NCBI GenBank assembly: GCA_045863395.1
Contig: BTVJ01000017.1
Span: 32,001 to 96,000 of the forward strand
Origin: Myxococcales bacterium
GTDB lineage: Bacteria > Myxococcota_A > UBA9042 > JABWCM01 > BTVJ01
Reading direction: 5' to 3'
DNA length: 64,000 nucleotides
Made by a program: the position numbers and the translations under genes. This document shows, in pieces, positions 38,909-46,976 of this stretch. Every line of letters begins with the position of its first letter. Positions within the stretch are counted from its first letter, which is position 1. The notes under the pieces are model-generated. The model worked only from the letters and a program-made list of their open reading frames with translations, was not told where the DNA came from and ran no database searches.

Positions 38909-39674
38909 GGCTCTCCTCCTGATGGCCGTTGGTCTCGTGCTCGCGGCGCGTGCGGGCAAGCTCGTCGCGGCGCTTGATGATCCACCAGATTCCGAAGAGG
39001 CCCACGCCGGAGACGCTCACGACGTTGGGCAGCTTGGACAGGATGTTCCAGGTCAGGGCGGGGTACGGGTCGTTCTGGACGCCCGTGCGGAAGCCGATCT
39101 GCTCGAAGGGCACGTCCGAGATGAACAGGACGCCCGTTCCGCCGGCCTCCTTCTCGCCGTAGATGTGGTTGACGTAGACGTCGGGGGACTCGGCGAGGCG
39201 CTTGCGGGCCTCGGCGAGCAGCTCCTCGCGGTCTCCGAAGACGATGGCGCCGGTCGGGCACGCGGACGTGCAGGCGGGCTCCTCGCCGCGGCTCACGCGC
39301 TTCTCGTAGCACATGATGCACTTCTGCACCGCGGGCACCTTCGCGTCCCACTCGTACTTGGGGATGTTGAAGGGGCAGCCGAGCATGCAGTAGCGGCACC
39401 CGATGCACTTGGGCTCGTCGTAGACCACCGCCCCCTCCGGGGTCTTGTGGAGCGCCCCGACCGGGCACACCGACACGCAGGCCGGCTCCACGCAGTGCAT
39501 GCACGAGTGGCGGACGTGTACGCCGCGCCGGTTCTCGACGGTGAGCCAGGTGGTGGCGGAGAGCTTCCGGGCCCCGTCCTCCCGCGGGAGGTCGTTCGAC
39601 TCCTTGCACGCCCACACGCAAGCCTCACAGCCGATGCACTTGGTCAGATCCACCAGGATTGCGGCCGAGCTCAT
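38889..39674 (-). CDS. HybA/FdnH/NrfC-like 4x[4Fe-4S] polyferredoxin with C-terminal TM helix and no Tat signal
   Basis: CIGCEACVWAC, CMHCVEPACVSVCP, CIGCRYCMLGCP, CIMC...PACTSACP; IYGEKEAGGT; hydrophobic tail. Confidence 0.92.
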   Translation of the reverse strand: MSSAAILVDLTKCIGCEACVWACKESNDLPREDGARKLSATTWLTVENRRGVHVRHSCMHCVEPACVSVCPVGALHKTPEGAVVYDEPKCIGCRYCMLGCPFNIPKYEWDAKVPAVQKCIMCYEKRVSRGEEPACTSACPTGAIVFGDREELLAEARKRLAESPDVYVNHIYGEKEAGGTGVLFISDVPFEQIGFRTGVQNDPYPALTWNILSKLPNVVSVSGVGLFGIWWIIKRRDELARTRREHETNGHQEESHDDSTR

Positions 39675-40396
39675 GACAGCCTCCCTTCGCGCGCGCTGGC
39701 GCCATGCACGGTCTCCTTCGTGCCGTGGAACAGGTCTCCGCTCAGGCGCTCCCAGGCCGGCTCGTCCAGGCAGTCAGCCAGAGCGTCCGCCGGCGCGCCG
39801 CCGTCGAGCATGGTCGCGCCCACCGTGGAGGGGGGCAGCATGGCGAGCACCGACTCCCGAAGCCGGTGCAGCTCCCCGGCGACCCATGCGCGGGCGTCCT
39901 CACCGACCGTCATGGCCGGCAGCGCCTTGTTCAGATCCCGCGGGCGGACCTTGTAGAGCCAGGTCAGGGCCTCGGGCAGCTCGCGGTAGGCCGCGACCTC
40001 CGTGTTGACCTCCTCGACGACGGCCCCCATCGGTGCGCGCAGGGTGAGCGCTCGGCCTCCACTCTGGAAGGTGAAGAGCGGCGCGCCGGCCTCGATGACC
40101 GTCCCCGGCGGGTGGAGCTCGACGCCGTCGGGCGTTCCCAGCGCCATCAGGGCCACCGGCGACGCGCCGACGGACACCAGGCCGTCCGCCTCGACGCGCA
40201 GCCAGGTGTGGGTCGGGTCCATGAAGATGTCGCCCGGCAGCGCGGAGGGGTCGACCTCGGCCCGCGGGCGAGTGCGTGCGAGCTCCGCCGCGTTGACCCG
40301 CGCCGCCGCCAGGGTCCGGCGGTACGTGGCCCGCTGGACGAAGAAGTCGATGGTCAGGAAGAGCAGGATGACTGTGACGATGAGCAAGGCAACCAT
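39671..40396 (-). CDS. GcvH-like protein B: N-terminal TM anchor, lipoyl Lys replaced by Gly, C-terminal GATMLDGG
   Basis: GGAGGAG RBS; MVALLIVTVILLFLTIDFFV; HTWLRV, TLRAPMGAVVEEVN, WLYKVRP. Confidence 0.85.
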   Translation of the reverse strand: MVALLIVTVILLFLTIDFFVQRATYRRTLAAARVNAAELARTRPRAEVDPSALPGDIFMDPTHTWLRVEADGLVSVGASPVALMALGTPDGVELHPPGTVIEAGAPLFTFQSGGRALTLRAPMGAVVEEVNTEVAAYRELPEALTWLYKVRPRDLNKALPAMTVGEDARAWVAGELHRLRESVLAMLPPSTVGATMLDGGAPADALADCLDEPAWERLSGDLFHGTKETVHGASAREGRLS

Positions 40397-40444
40397 GGTT
40401 CTCCTCCAGTCAGGCGTGCGACCGCCGCACGTGACCCCCACCTG

Positions 40445-40460
40445 TGCACGGACCGGGCCA
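40445..40460 (-). promoter_or_regulatory. Sigma54-like promoter TGGCCCGGTCCGTGCA for the gcvH-like B/ferredoxin/NrfD-c7/gcvH-like A operon
   Basis: GG-N10-GC spacing with TGGC and TGCA, 49 nt upstream of the ATG. Confidence 0.55.
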
Positions 40461-40528
40461 CCGCCTCGGAGGTGCCAGAGGACCGCTCTCCATGCGGAGT
40501 TCCGCTCGCGGCCCTCCTGATCGCGCGC

Positions 40529-40670
40529 TGTTGGATTCCTCGACACGCCTCAGGAGCGCCAGGCGCCCTGGAGCACACCCCGAGCCGCACGCGCGGACTT
40601 TCTTCAATACATTTCAACCACTTGCGAGCGACCGCCGAGAATCGCCACACCGCTGTCGAGAAATCCAACG
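40529..40670. promoter_or_regulatory. Pair of inverted 17-bp boxes TGTCGAG(G/A)AATCCAAC(A/G) (40529-40545 on -, 40654-40670 on +) flanking an IHF-like site TTTCAACCACTTG (40612-40624); putative enhancer (UAS) region
   Basis: The two boxes match at 15 of 17 positions in inverted orientation, and each is an imperfect palindrome. Confidence 0.65.
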
Positions 40671-40746
40671 CAATTTGGGGGCTCTGCGACACCTCCGCGA
40701 TTGCCCCTCCGCGCCAATGCTGGCCTTCGCCACGCTCGGAGGGCTG

Positions 40747-40762
40747 TGGCACGCCCCTTGCC
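40747..40762 (+). promoter_or_regulatory. Sigma54 promoter TGGCACGCCCCTTGCC for gcvH-like C
   Basis: Near-perfect TGGCACG-N4-TTGC, 62 nt upstream of the ATG at 40824. Confidence 0.75.
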
Positions 40763-40823
40763 ATCACCTGGGCCCGAGGTTGGCGGGGGCGCCCTCAGGA
40801 GACCGAACGGAGAGGAGGCTGAC

Positions 40824-41570
40824 ATGAAGACCGCAGGAACAGAGGTGACGTGGATGAAGACGAGTCTCGCTGCTCTGGCCGCCGTGGCGCTGCTCGTGCT
40901 GGCGCTGCCTGTCCTCGCCGCCGCCTCCATCGCGGCGCGCATCGTGGTGCCGGTGGTGGTGCTCGGCGCGGTGGCGGTGCTGCTGCTGGTGCCGTCGCTC
41001 CGGCGGCGGGTGGTGCTCGGTGAGGACGAGATGCAGTACAGGGGCCTCCGCGTGCCCCTGGAGGGCCTTCTACACTCCGCACACACGTGGGTGAAGGAGC
41101 GCCGCGGGAGCCTGGTGGCGGGAGTCGATGACCTGATGCTGCGGGTGCTCGGTCCGGTGGACCGCGTGGAGCTGCCCGCGGTGGGGACCGTGCTCGCGGC
41201 GGGGGCCCCGATGGCGCGCCTGCACGGCGGCGGGCGGTCCATCACGGTGCGCGCCCCGGTGGCCGGGCGCGTCGAGGCGACCAACGACCGCCTGGACAGG
41301 GACCCCTCGCTGCTCGTGCGGTCTCCCTACCGAGACGGCTGGGCCGTGCGGATCGCGCCGTCGGAGCAGCCCACCGGCCTGCTGAGCGGCACGCGGGCGA
41401 CGCGATGGTTCGCTTCGGAGGTGGACGGGCTCCTGTCGATGCTGTCCGGGCCCACGCTCGGCCACGCGACCATGCACGACGGCGGCGCTGTGACGGACGC
41501 GCTCCACGAGGACCTGGACGACCTGACCTTCCGCCGCGTCAGCGCGCGCTTCTTCGGCGGCGAGTGCTGA
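40824..41570 (+). CDS. GcvH-like protein C: N-terminal two-TM hairpin, lipoyl Lys replaced by Gly, C-terminal HATMHDGG
   Basis: GAGGAGG RBS (alternative start 40854); HTWV, AGVDDL, VELPAVG, TVRAPVAGRVEATN, LLVRSPYRDGWAVRI. Confidence 0.87.
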   Translation: MKTAGTEVTWMKTSLAALAAVALLVLALPVLAAASIAARIVVPVVVLGAVAVLLLVPSLRRRVVLGEDEMQYRGLRVPLEGLLHSAHTWVKERRGSLVAGVDDLMLRVLGPVDRVELPAVGTVLAAGAPMARLHGGGRSITVRAPVAGRVEATNDRLDRDPSLLVRSPYRDGWAVRIAPSEQPTGLLSGTRATRWFASEVDGLLSMLSGPTLGHATMHDGGAVTDALHEDLDDLTFRRVSARFFGGEC

Positions 41571-43818
41571 GCAGGAGCAGGGTCAGCAGCCAGGCCAAGG
41601 TCGAGGGCGCCGGCGAGGGGCCCACGCCGCAGCCTCCCGAGGACCCCCCTCCCGGCGCCGCTCCCCCCCCATCGCTGCTCTTCCCCCCATCGGGCACCGT
41701 GTCCACGGAGCCACCGTCCGCGGCCCCGGCTCCCGCATCCGTCACGGTGACAACGGAGTCCGCCCCGCCCGGTTGAGAGTCGTCCGCCCCCCCTCCCGAA
41801 TCCTTGGGGGCACCGGCGTCGGGCGCCCCGGAGTCCTCTGCGTCGTCAGACGGACCCACCGCCGAGTCCCCGCCGGGAGCTCCGGTGTCGTTGATCGCGA
41901 TATCCAGGCTGTCATTGCCGGTGTCGTCCTCGCCCGTGTCGCCCGCGGTGTCGCCAGCGGCCCCGGCGTCATCCCCGCCCGCGTCGTCCCCACCCCCTGC
42001 ATCCCAGACGCCGGCGTCTTCCCCACCCCCAATGCAGGCGCCGTTCTCGCAGGTGCCCGCGCCGCACGAGCCACACGAGCCACCGCACCCGTCGTCGCCG
42101 CACTCCATGCCCGTGCACGCCGGCACGCAGGGGCAGCCGCCCAGGTCCGGGCAGGCGCCGCACACGTTGTCGCAGCAGTCGCCGTACCCGAAGCACTCCT
42201 CGTCGCAGTAGCACCCGCTCGGCGCCTGGTTGCCGCACTGGTCCTTGCACCCGCCGGTCACGTCCACGCACGCATCGCCCTCGCACTGCTTGCCGGGCCC
42301 ACAGACCCCGCAGGAGCCCCCGCACCCGTCCGGGCCGCACGCCTTGCCGTCGCACTTCGGCGTGCAGGGACCGCACCCCGAGACGCCGGGGCAGTCCTCG
42401 CACACCTTGTCGCAGCAGTCGCCGTAGCCGAAGCAGAGGTCGTCGCAGTAGCAGCCCACGCTGGACTGGCCGCCGCACTTGCCCGCACAGAACCCACCCG
42501 TCACGCAGGCCCCGCCCGAGCACCACTGGTCCGCCCCGCAAGTGCCGCAGGTGCCGCCGCACCCGTCGTCGCCGCACGACTTGCCGCCGCAGCTCGGCGT
42601 ACACGCCTCGCACACGCCCCCCTTGCAGGCCGTACCCGGCGCGCACGCCCCGCAGGAGTCTCCGCACCCGTCGTCGCCGCACGCCTTGCCGGCGCAGCTC
42701 GGCACGCAGCAGCCCTTGGTGCCTGGGCAGGCCTTGCACACGCCCTCGCAGCAGTCCCCATAGCCGTGACACTCGTTGTCGCACCAGCACCCGGACGGCG
42801 CCTGCCCGCCGCAGTGGCCCTGGCACTCGCTGGACCCGCAGGCGCCTCCCTCCAGGCACACCTGGCCCGCCGGGCAGGTCCCGCAGGAGCCCCCGCACCC
42901 GTCGTCGCCACACTGAATCCCCTTGCACTTCGGCTGGCACGCCACGCACTGACCGGTCGCGGGGATACAGTCGTCCGTGCCCGAGCAGCTCCCGCAGGTT
43001 CCCCCGCACCCATCGGGGCCGCACGTCTTGCCCTTGCAGGCGGGGGTGCAGCACTGGAAGCTGGCGCACACCTGGAAGGGGCCGCAGGTGCCGCAGTCGA
43101 CCCCGCAGTAGGAGCCGCACGCGATCCCCTCGCAGCTCGGCTGGGCCGGGCACGCGCCACACGGGAAGCCACAGTCCAGCTCACAGGCGCTCGCACAGAA
43201 CTCATCCCAGGCATCGGTGCAGCAGGTCGGGTACTTGGCGCAGACACACGCCTCGCACGGGCACCCCCCGCAGCCGGCCTTCGTCGAAGGCAGACACGGC
43301 TTGGGCAGCGGGAGGCACTTGAAGAGCCCATCCACGCACTCGGTGCCCGGCCCGCAGGTGCCACAGGAGAACCCCTGCGGGTCCTTGCCGCACTCCTTGC
43401 CGCCGCACTGGGGGGTCGCACAGACCCCCGTGTCCAGGCACACGCCGTCCCCGGGGCACGCGCCGCACCCACCGGGACACTGTGGGCTGCACGCGCCGCC
43501 GGCGCACGCCGCCGGACACCCGCCGCAGGCGATGGCGTGGGTCCCACTCGGATCGGTCGCGCCCTTCGGCTGCCCGCAGTCGTAGTAGCCGAGGGGGTTC
43601 CACCCGCAGGAGGGGAACACCCCCGCGCAGTCCAGACAGAAGAGGTTGCTGCCCTCGCACCAGAGGTTGCGCCCGTAGGGGTCACAACACCCCTCCAGGG
43701 TCACCCCGGCGCAGCCGCCTGGCACGCTCGGAGTCAGCGCCCCCTTGCACTCGATGACGACGGGGGCCGCCGCGGCGGACAGCGGCACCAGAAGGGCGAG
43801 GAACAGCAACGCTCGCAT
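41539..43818 (-). CDS. Cys-rich MYXO-CTERM surface protein with CGxDGCGGxCGxC repeats and three somatomedin-B-like modules (759 aa)
   Basis: Signal peptide MRALLFLALLVPLSAAA; CxxxCGxQxxxGCxCDxxCxGYGDCC three times; tail SSGGCGVG-hydrophobic-RRRR. Confidence 0.85.
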   Translation of the reverse strand: MRALLFLALLVPLSAAAAPVVIECKGALTPSVPGGCAGVTLEGCCDPYGRNLWCEGSNLFCLDCAGVFPSCGWNPLGYYDCGQPKGATDPSGTHAIACGGCPAACAGGACSPQCPGGCGACPGDGVCLDTGVCATPQCGGKECGKDPQGFSCGTCGPGTECVDGLFKCLPLPKPCLPSTKAGCGGCPCEACVCAKYPTCCTDAWDEFCASACELDCGFPCGACPAQPSCEGIACGSYCGVDCGTCGPFQVCASFQCCTPACKGKTCGPDGCGGTCGSCSGTDDCIPATGQCVACQPKCKGIQCGDDGCGGSCGTCPAGQVCLEGGACGSSECQGHCGGQAPSGCWCDNECHGYGDCCEGVCKACPGTKGCCVPSCAGKACGDDGCGDSCGACAPGTACKGGVCEACTPSCGGKSCGDDGCGGTCGTCGADQWCSGGACVTGGFCAGKCGGQSSVGCYCDDLCFGYGDCCDKVCEDCPGVSGCGPCTPKCDGKACGPDGCGGSCGVCGPGKQCEGDACVDVTGGCKDQCGNQAPSGCYCDEECFGYGDCCDNVCGACPDLGGCPCVPACTGMECGDDGCGGSCGSCGAGTCENGACIGGGEDAGVWDAGGGDDAGGDDAGAAGDTAGDTGEDDTGNDSLDIAINDTGAPGGDSAVGPSDDAEDSGAPDAGAPKDSGGGADDSQPGGADSVVTVTDAGAGAADGGSVDTVPDGGKSSDGGGAAPGGGSSGGCGVGPSPAPSTLAWLLTLLLLSTRRRRSAR

Positions 43819-43850
43819 GGAGACCTCTCGGCGGCTCCCCCCGAGATGAA

Positions 43851-45032
43851 TCAGGGGGCGACACACGTGTTGATGGGGATGTTGCACTTGTCGCCGGGCG
43901 GGCAATCGGCGTCCTTGAAGCACGGGACGTGACCGTCGACCTGGAGCTTGCCCGGGGCGAAGCTGAACACGACCGCCTCGACGCAGCCTGGGGCGAGCTG
44001 TACCGAGTCCACCGTCCTGCGATAGATGTCCAGCGTTGCGAATCCAGACACCCCGAACTCCAGCATGGTCTTGACCAGATCGGCGGGGATGGAGAACTCG
44101 CCGGTGTCCGGCACGTCGCACTTCAGCGTCACCGGCGAGTTGCCGTGCTGGTCCACGTTGAGCGAGATGAACACCCGCGCGCCCGTGTCCAGGGTCGGCG
44201 GATCCCAGTGGAATGCCAGGGGCTCGCCCTTGACCATGTTGATCACCTGCTCGGGGAGGACCAGCGTCTCCGCGCCGACGCCGTGCAGGGTGAAGCCGGG
44301 CAGCTCGTCCCCTGCTGCCGAGACGGTGATCGCGGCGCCGGGCTGGTACATGGGGAACGGGACGTCCACCTTGGCGTAGGTCTTGACCCCGCCAGGCTCC
44401 AGCGTCGCCGGCACCAGCAGGCCGTCCACCGTGACCGTGCCGACGGACTTGTTCTCGGGGTACGGGATGCACGTACCGTCGTGGTTGCACAGATCTCCGG
44501 GGCCGCACGGGTCCTCGCAGAACGGGTTGACCTTCTGCAGGAGCTGGCAGCCGTCCTTCTCTTCGACGAGCTGGAGGACGGTCAGCGGGATGACCCCCTC
44601 TGCGACCTCCCCGGTGATGGAGGCATAGAAGTCCCAGTGGGCGACCTCGAACACGCCAACCCGCTTGCCGAGGGGGCAGGGACCTGCGAGGGTGGGGCCA
44701 CCGCCCGCGTCCTGCTCGCCACCCGTGTCGGCCGTGTCATCCGTACCGCCCGTGTCCGCCTGGGTCCCGGTGTCCGTCACGCCTCCCGTATCCGTCCCAC
44801 CGCCCGTGTCCGTCGCGCCGCCCGTGTCGGTCACGCCGCCCGTGTCCTTCTCCGCCCCCGTGTCACCACCGCCGTCGGGTGTCCCCCCCACGTCCGCGGG
44901 TCCCGAGTCGCCCCCGCCCGTCACGTCGGCGCCACCGCCGCCCGCATCGCCACTACCACCCCCGCCGTCGCCGTCGCCGTCCGCGCACCCGCCGACCAGC
45001 AGCCCGGCCGCGATCAGAGCTGTCCATCTCAT
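43851..45032 (-). CDS. Lipoprotein with (GGxTDT)n linker and Cys-containing beta domain
   Basis: LLVGG-C lipobox; GGAGAG RBS; 18-bp repeats at ~44720-44865. Confidence 0.78.
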   Translation of the reverse strand: MRWTALIAAGLLVGGCADGDGDGGGGSGDAGGGGADVTGGGDSGPADVGGTPDGGGDTGAEKDTGGVTDTGGATDTGGGTDTGGVTDTGTQADTGGTDDTADTGGEQDAGGGPTLAGPCPLGKRVGVFEVAHWDFYASITGEVAEGVIPLTVLQLVEEKDGCQLLQKVNPFCEDPCGPGDLCNHDGTCIPYPENKSVGTVTVDGLLVPATLEPGGVKTYAKVDVPFPMYQPGAAITVSAAGDELPGFTLHGVGAETLVLPEQVINMVKGEPLAFHWDPPTLDTGARVFISLNVDQHGNSPVTLKCDVPDTGEFSIPADLVKTMLEFGVSGFATLDIYRRTVDSVQLAPGCVEAVVFSFAPGKLQVDGHVPCFKDADCPPGDKCNIPINTCVAP

Positions 45033-45087
45033 GCTCGACTCTCCTCGTGTTCGGCCCCGCCCGAGGGTGGCCGGTGTGTGTCGACGT

Positions 45088-46368
45088 TCAGGGGTAAGGG
45101 CGCGCCTTGGGCGGGACCCCGAGCTCCACCTCGAAGACCTCCTTCGCCCACCCGTTCGGGAGGTAGAGGTTGGTCTCCTTCCAGCCGCCCAGGCCCGAGC
45201 CCCAGTCCATGTTGGGCAGATAGGCCCCGATGCTGGACCCGTGGATGATCGGGGTCTTGGTCTTCCCGTCGGGGCTGATGCGATAGATGATCGTCGCGTT
45301 GTAGTCGGCAATGTAGACGTTGCCGCAGATGTCGACGCCCATGCCGTCGAGCCAGCCGGTGCCCACCTTGGTCGCCCACTCGATGAGCTTGCCAGGCACG
45401 CCGTCCGGGCTGATCGACATGGCGTAGATGGTGCCCACGCCGCTGAACCCGCCGATGTACAGCGTCTTGTAGTCCGGGCTGAACGTCAGGCCGTTGGGGT
45501 TCACGATCTTGGTGGTCAGGAGCTGCTTGGCCCCCGTGAAGGGGTGCACGCGCCAGACCTTGTTTGCGTCGTGCTCCGTGAAGAGCACCCAGCCCTGCAT
45601 GTCGACGACGATGCCGTTCGGGTAGCTGAGGCCGGTGACCAGGGTGTGGATCTCGCCCTTCTCGTCCACCCGCACGAGCTGGCCCTTCTGGTTGTCGCAG
45701 ACGACCAGGTGGCCGTTGGGCAGGTAGCGCATGCCGGCGCGGAAGTTCAGCTTGGGCACGAAGACCTGGGGCGTGCCCCCGTAGTAGCTCTTGAAGATCG
45801 CCTTGTCGTTGCTGCCGACGACGCGGCCCTCCTTGTCGAAGGCGATGTCCTCGGAGGCGACGGGACCTTGGAGCTTGACGAGCTGGAACGGCCCCTTGGG
45901 GATGCCGGCGCAATCGTAGGGCGGCTCCACGGGGCCGGTGTCCTCAGAGACGTCCCCTGGGCCCGCGTCCTCGACGCCCGCATCCTCGGGACCCGCGTCT
46001 CCAGGAGGCGTGTCCTCCGAGGGCACGTCCTCCGCAGCCGTGTCCTCGAGCAGGGCATCCAAGGAGCCCGTGTCTTCGGGGCCCGCGTCGGGCAGCACGT
46101 CCTGGCCCGCCCCGACGTCCTCCGCCACGTCCGACACCCCCGCGTCCGGAGTCGCTGCATCTGGAGTCGCCGCCGTGTCGCCCGCGTCGTCGGCTGCGCC
46201 TGTGTCGACGGGCCCCTGGTCGGGGACCTCGACCACATCGCCCCCGCCATCGGTGCCGGCGCCAGCGTCCGCGACGTCTCCGCCCAGCGCCCCGCCGCCT
46301 CCGCCCCCGTCGCACGCGGCCAGCGCGAGCGCCACCAGCGCCACAGTCCATCTCGCCCGGTTGATCAT
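45088..46368 (-). CDS. SMP-30/gluconolactonase/LRE family beta-propeller lipoprotein
   Basis: LALAA-C; acidic linker; SEDIAFD, YPNGI, NPNGLTFSPD, LDGMGVDICGNVYIA. Confidence 0.85.
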   Translation of the reverse strand: MINRARWTVALVALALAACDGGGGGGALGGDVADAGAGTDGGGDVVEVPDQGPVDTGAADDAGDTAATPDAATPDAGVSDVAEDVGAGQDVLPDAGPEDTGSLDALLEDTAAEDVPSEDTPPGDAGPEDAGVEDAGPGDVSEDTGPVEPPYDCAGIPKGPFQLVKLQGPVASEDIAFDKEGRVVGSNDKAIFKSYYGGTPQVFVPKLNFRAGMRYLPNGHLVVCDNQKGQLVRVDEKGEIHTLVTGLSYPNGIVVDMQGWVLFTEHDANKVWRVHPFTGAKQLLTTKIVNPNGLTFSPDYKTLYIGGFSGVGTIYAMSISPDGVPGKLIEWATKVGTGWLDGMGVDICGNVYIADYNATIIYRISPDGKTKTPIIHGSSIGAYLPNMDWGSGLGGWKETNLYLPNGWAKEVFEVELGVPPKARPYP

Positions 46369-46454
46369 GCGCCCACTCCTTGGTCGCCGCACATGGTAGC
46401 GGGTCATGTTTGCAGAATCGAGGCTCCGGGCGCCAATGTGACACGCGCGTGACG

Positions 46455-46976
46455 CTACGGAAGGACCCCCCGGTCTCGCAGCATGGTGACGACCTGGCTT
46501 GCGGCGACATCCGGGTCGCCGCCGCGAACGACGGCGTCCGGGCACAGCGGCGGCTCGTAGGGGACGCCGACCCCCGGCAGCGCGGGCGCCCTCCCCTGCT
46601 CCGCCGCCGCGTAGAGGCCCTTGGGGTCACGGGCCGCGCACTCCCCGGGCGGCGTATCCACCCACACCTCGGCGAAGCGCGCGACCTGCGCCCGCACGGC
46701 GTCCCGCCAGGCCCGGCGCGCCCCGGTGGCGTCGATGACGACCGGGACGCCTGAGCGGCAGAGCCAGACGGCCAGCCTCGCGACCGTCGCGTAGAAGCGC
46801 TCCCGCTCCTGGTCACTGAAGTCCGGGAACGGCGTGTAGATGCGGCGGAGCGCATCGGACTCCAGGACGATGGCGTCGCCCCCAGCGGCTGCGAGCGCCC
46901 GCACCAGCGCGCGCGCCACGGTCGACTTGCCAGAGGCCGGCAGCCCCGTGACCCACACCACGAAGCCGTCACTCAT
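46455..46976 (-). CDS. Adenylyl-sulfate kinase-like P-loop kinase
   Basis: VWVTGLPASGKST, LESDALR, RDPKGLY, LPGVGVPYEPP; overlaps the upstream stop. Confidence 0.85.
   Translation of the reverse strand: MSDGFVVWVTGLPASGKSTVARALVRALAAAGGDAIVLESDALRRIYTPFPDFSDQERERFYATVARLAVWLCRSGVPVVIDATGARRAWRDAVRAQVARFAEVWVDTPPGECAARDPKGLYAAAEQGRAPALPGVGVPYEPPLCPDAVVRGGDPDVAASQVVTMLRDRGVLP

Noticed and set aside
37334..39674. Calling the locus hydrogenase-2 (hybAB) or formate dehydrogenase
   Set aside because: There is no NiFe large or small subunit, molybdopterin subunit or maturation gene in the window, so I withheld gene symbols.
36589..41570. Calling the GcvH-like genes a glycine cleavage system fed by kbl-tdh glycine
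   Set aside because: There is no lipoyl Lys and no gcvP/T/L in the window, two of the proteins are membrane-anchored, and kbl-tdh is 20 kb away.
46455..46976. cysC assignment
   Set aside because: The fold motifs match, but the gene is divergent and lacks a sulfate-activation context.
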